A program made the position numbers and the translations under genes. A stretch of 64,000 nucleotides of DNA, taken from an uncultured Candidatus Saccharibacteria bacterium (GTDB lineage Bacteria > Patescibacteriota > Saccharimonadia > Saccharimonadales > EFPC-124). Every line of letters begins with the position of its first letter. Positions within the stretch are counted from its first letter, which is position 1. The notes below the pieces were generated by a model that saw only the letters and a program-made list of their open reading frames with translations, had not been told where the DNA came from and made no database searches. This document shows positions 61,731-64,000 of this stretch, piece after piece. The stretch is taken from NCBI GenBank assembly GCA_964550035.1, contig CAZJVU010000001.1, positions 83,990-147,989 of the forward strand. The letters run 5' to 3'.

Positions 61731-62795
61731 CTAGAAGAGTCCCGCGCCGACCACCGTAATAGTATCGCTGTAGTCTGAGGCAGCTGCGGTCGTGGCCGAG
61801 ATGGCGGCGTTGTTGGTGAGTGTTAGGACAGCGTTATTGGCGGTGCCATTGGAGCTAGCGAGCGTTCGGAGCGATGTATCGAGGCCACCACCTTTTCCGG
61901 TCGAGCCGCCGACAAATGGCGTTGCGACAGTAATGGTGCCAGTCCCGCTCGTCTGCGTTTGTGTCACGCCGGTGTTGTAGCCGGCCGTACCGGCAGAAAG
62001 TGTGCTGTTACTGCCCGGTGTTGTGGATGCGATAGTGGACGAGGCGGTTGTGGACAGTAGGCCGGTATTGGCGTCTTTGGCCCAGACCATCCAGCCGTTT
62101 TTGGCATTTGTGTTGACTGTTGCGGTTCTTGGTGTCGGGCTACTACTGACCGAACCGGTAGTCAACGTGCCGAGGTTGTCGGTGGTGTTGTTGAGGGCAA
62201 ACGAAAAGCTTGATGGGACACTTGCCGAAACCGTTATTTGGTCGCTCGAAACACTTGCCGTATTGTATGTGGCGCTGTCGATTGTAGCAGGTCCTGAGGT
62301 GCGTGTCGTGACGGTTCCGGAGTTCGATGGCGTTGCGCTGGATGACACGGTAACTGCCGCGCTGTTTATCCAGTTGAAGCAATAGAGCGTGCCGACGACA
62401 AGGTCAGTGCTTGGGAATGTTACTGTTTGGCTTGTAACGTTGGTGGCCGTCCCAATACCAAGCCATGCGGTGCCGCCAGTTGGCCACCCCAGGTTGGTTG
62501 TGTTGACCGTAAAGGTTCCGGCTGCACCGAGTGTGTATCCGGTCGGGAACGTCACCTGTACGTCAGCTTCGGCGCCCACAGTAGCAGGGTTGGCGCACAC
62601 CGTTCCGGTTGTGGGCTGACTGGTTTGCATACGGTCAAACCGTACGAATACTTGCGAGAGCGTGCCAGCATGCGCTGTAGAGCTGGTTACGAGCGATAAC
62701 GCGACTGATAAAACAAGGAGGCAGGCAGCAGCAATGCTTCGTGTAAACACGAGTGGTTTGAATCGATTTTGCATATCTATTTGTTGTCGGCGCAT
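61731..62795 (-). CDS. secreted S/T/G-rich WxL-like surface protein
   Basis: Signal peptide (the start may be the ATG at 62774). NGWMVWAKD and C-terminal YSDTITVVGAGLF strand. Confidence 0.6.
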   Translation of the reverse strand: MRRQQIDMQNRFKPLVFTRSIAAACLLVLSVALSLVTSSTAHAGTLSQVFVRFDRMQTSQPTTGTVCANPATVGAEADVQVTFPTGYTLGAAGTFTVNTTNLGWPTGGTAWLGIGTATNVTSQTVTFPSTDLVVGTLYCFNWINSAAVTVSSSATPSNSGTVTTRTSGPATIDSATYNTASVSSDQITVSASVPSSFSFALNNTTDNLGTLTTGSVSSSPTPRTATVNTNAKNGWMVWAKDANTGLLSTTASSTIASTTPGSNSTLSAGTAGYNTGVTQTQTSGTGTITVATPFVGGSTGKGGGLDTSLRTLASSNGTANNAVLTLTNNAAISATTAAASDYSDTITVVGAGLF

Positions 62796-62890
62796 TAATC
62801 TTATTTCCTAAGCATAATCTGAATGCATTATTAGCGCAAGCGCTTTGTTCACTCAGGTGATATTATAAAGCCAAAGGCCATATACTTGCC

Positions 62891-63907
62891 ATGACAAAAT
62901 CAAAAAAGCCAAAGCTCCGTTTTCGTTTTCGTCGCCACCACTCTGAGCGACCGCTTCACAAGCGTGTGGCGTTGCATCCGCTGAGTATTTTTCTGGTGTT
63001 GTGTGCCGGTGTGCTTATCGTGGCGTCTACTTGGCGCGCAGGCGCCGATACCCTCGAGGTGACCGCCAAGGTTCCGGCGCCGCTTCCAGCAGGACCGGCT
63101 ATTATCACGTCCCCACACGACCAAGATCACCTCACCGAGACACCGATTACCGTTGCGGGTACATGCCCTGACAACACCTACGTCAAGCTGTACCGCGATG
63201 ATGTGTTTAGCGGTGTTTCACAGTGCGTCGGTGGGCATTTTAGTATCAGCACGAGCCTTGCCGACGGCGCCAACAAGCTCCAGGCAAAGGTATACAACAT
63301 AACGGACGATGAAGGACCTGCCTCTGCGCCGATCATCGTCTATTACGACCGTCCGGTCACGCCTACACCGAGTGCTCCGACGGGCCAAGCGCCGCCTGTA
63401 ACATCGACGCCGTCCGGCTCCGGTGCTATTTCGGGCACTGGCAATGGGCCACTCGTCATAACGGGGGACTATCAGTACCAGGCGCACTATACGGGGCAGC
63501 CATTTAGCTGGAAGTTCCAGGTGAGCGGCGGCGCACGGCCTTATACCATCACTATAACGTGGGGTGACGGTGAAACCACAACCTTCCAAAGCCAAGACGG
63601 CATCCTCAACCTCAGCCACGCATACAAGAAGGGCGGTGACTATCAGCCTATCCTGCACGTCACTGATGCCGACGGTGCCACTGTACAGTTGCAACTCTCG
63701 GCAGTTGTGAAAGATTGGCCAATCATAGCCGTCACCACTATGCCATTTGGCGCCGAGATAGAGCGATACTTATGGGCGCTCTGGCCGGCGTATCTCGCGA
63801 TCCTCCTCATGCTTGCGAGTTTTTGGCTCGGCGAGCTCGAAGTGGTGCACTATATCTGGATGGATAAGGTCCGTGGGAAGCGCCGCCATAAGCGTCGCCA
63901 CGTGTAA
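62891..63907 (+). CDS. membrane-anchored Ig-like + PKD-domain protein
   Basis: Basic N-terminus plus TM. ITWGDGETT..HAYKKGGDYQPILHVTDADGAT (PKD). C-terminal TM and a K/R/H tail. Confidence 0.7.
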   Translation: MTKSKKPKLRFRFRRHHSERPLHKRVALHPLSIFLVLCAGVLIVASTWRAGADTLEVTAKVPAPLPAGPAIITSPHDQDHLTETPITVAGTCPDNTYVKLYRDDVFSGVSQCVGGHFSISTSLADGANKLQAKVYNITDDEGPASAPIIVYYDRPVTPTPSAPTGQAPPVTSTPSGSGAISGTGNGPLVITGDYQYQAHYTGQPFSWKFQVSGGARPYTITITWGDGETTTFQSQDGILNLSHAYKKGGDYQPILHVTDADGATVQLQLSAVVKDWPIIAVTTMPFGAEIERYLWALWPAYLAILLMLASFWLGELEVVHYIWMDKVRGKRRHKRRHV

Positions 63908-64000
63908 CGTCTACACAATTCGGTGGTGCATCAGATACAGCAAGTCGCTGTAGTGCGCTGCACAGTACCATATATCGAAAACAAGAAGCGAAATAAAGAA

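Noticed and set aside
1-64000. CRISPR arrays, rRNA genes, IS elements, integrases
   Set aside because: I found no regularly spaced direct repeats outside coding Gly/Thr repeats, no rRNA-like sequence, and no DDE or tyrosine/serine recombinase motifs.

Overview
The window reads as a mid-GC chromosome segment from a monoderm, reduced-genome bacterium. Gene content suggests CPR/Saccharibacteria-like (inference): rny-ymdB, tsaB, a class A PBP with an FN3 tail, two sortase-fold genes, murA, murB, glyA, greA, bcp, a Clp/Hsp100 ATPase, MFS/ZIP/P-type transporters and many secreted CBM/Ig/PKD surface proteins. I call about 75 CDS and 6 tRNAs: Pro-TGG, Pro-CGG, Gly-TCC, Arg-TCT, His-GTG and Arg-TCG. 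I saw no rRNA, CRISPR array, integrase or transposase. Five things stand out. (1) At least 15 small transcription units with actinobacterial-style codon usage (very high GC3) sit in gaps between housekeeping genes. Each has a backbone-type AT-rich promoter or SD and its own GC-rich, mostly U-tract-less hairpin. Four of them are tandem paralogue arrays, and one array has near-identical non-coding flanks around strongly diverged coding sequence. (2) A roughly 9 kb surface-structure locus (54.6-63.9 kb) combines WxL-like and DUF916-like secreted proteins with signal-less tail-fibre-like repeat proteins, a glycosyltransferase and a methyltransferase. (3) An envelope locus (31.5-42.5 kb) holds a sortase-fold protein lacking the catalytic His and Cys, a true sortase, a 61-aa protein that is little more than an LPNTAG sorting signal, a processive GT2 plus NodB deacetylase pair, and an HTH-MurA fusion. 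(4) There is an AsnB-CofE-like fusion. (5) Leaderless starts recur 6-9 nt downstream of extended -10 boxes. All family calls come from reading motifs by eye; no database search was possible.
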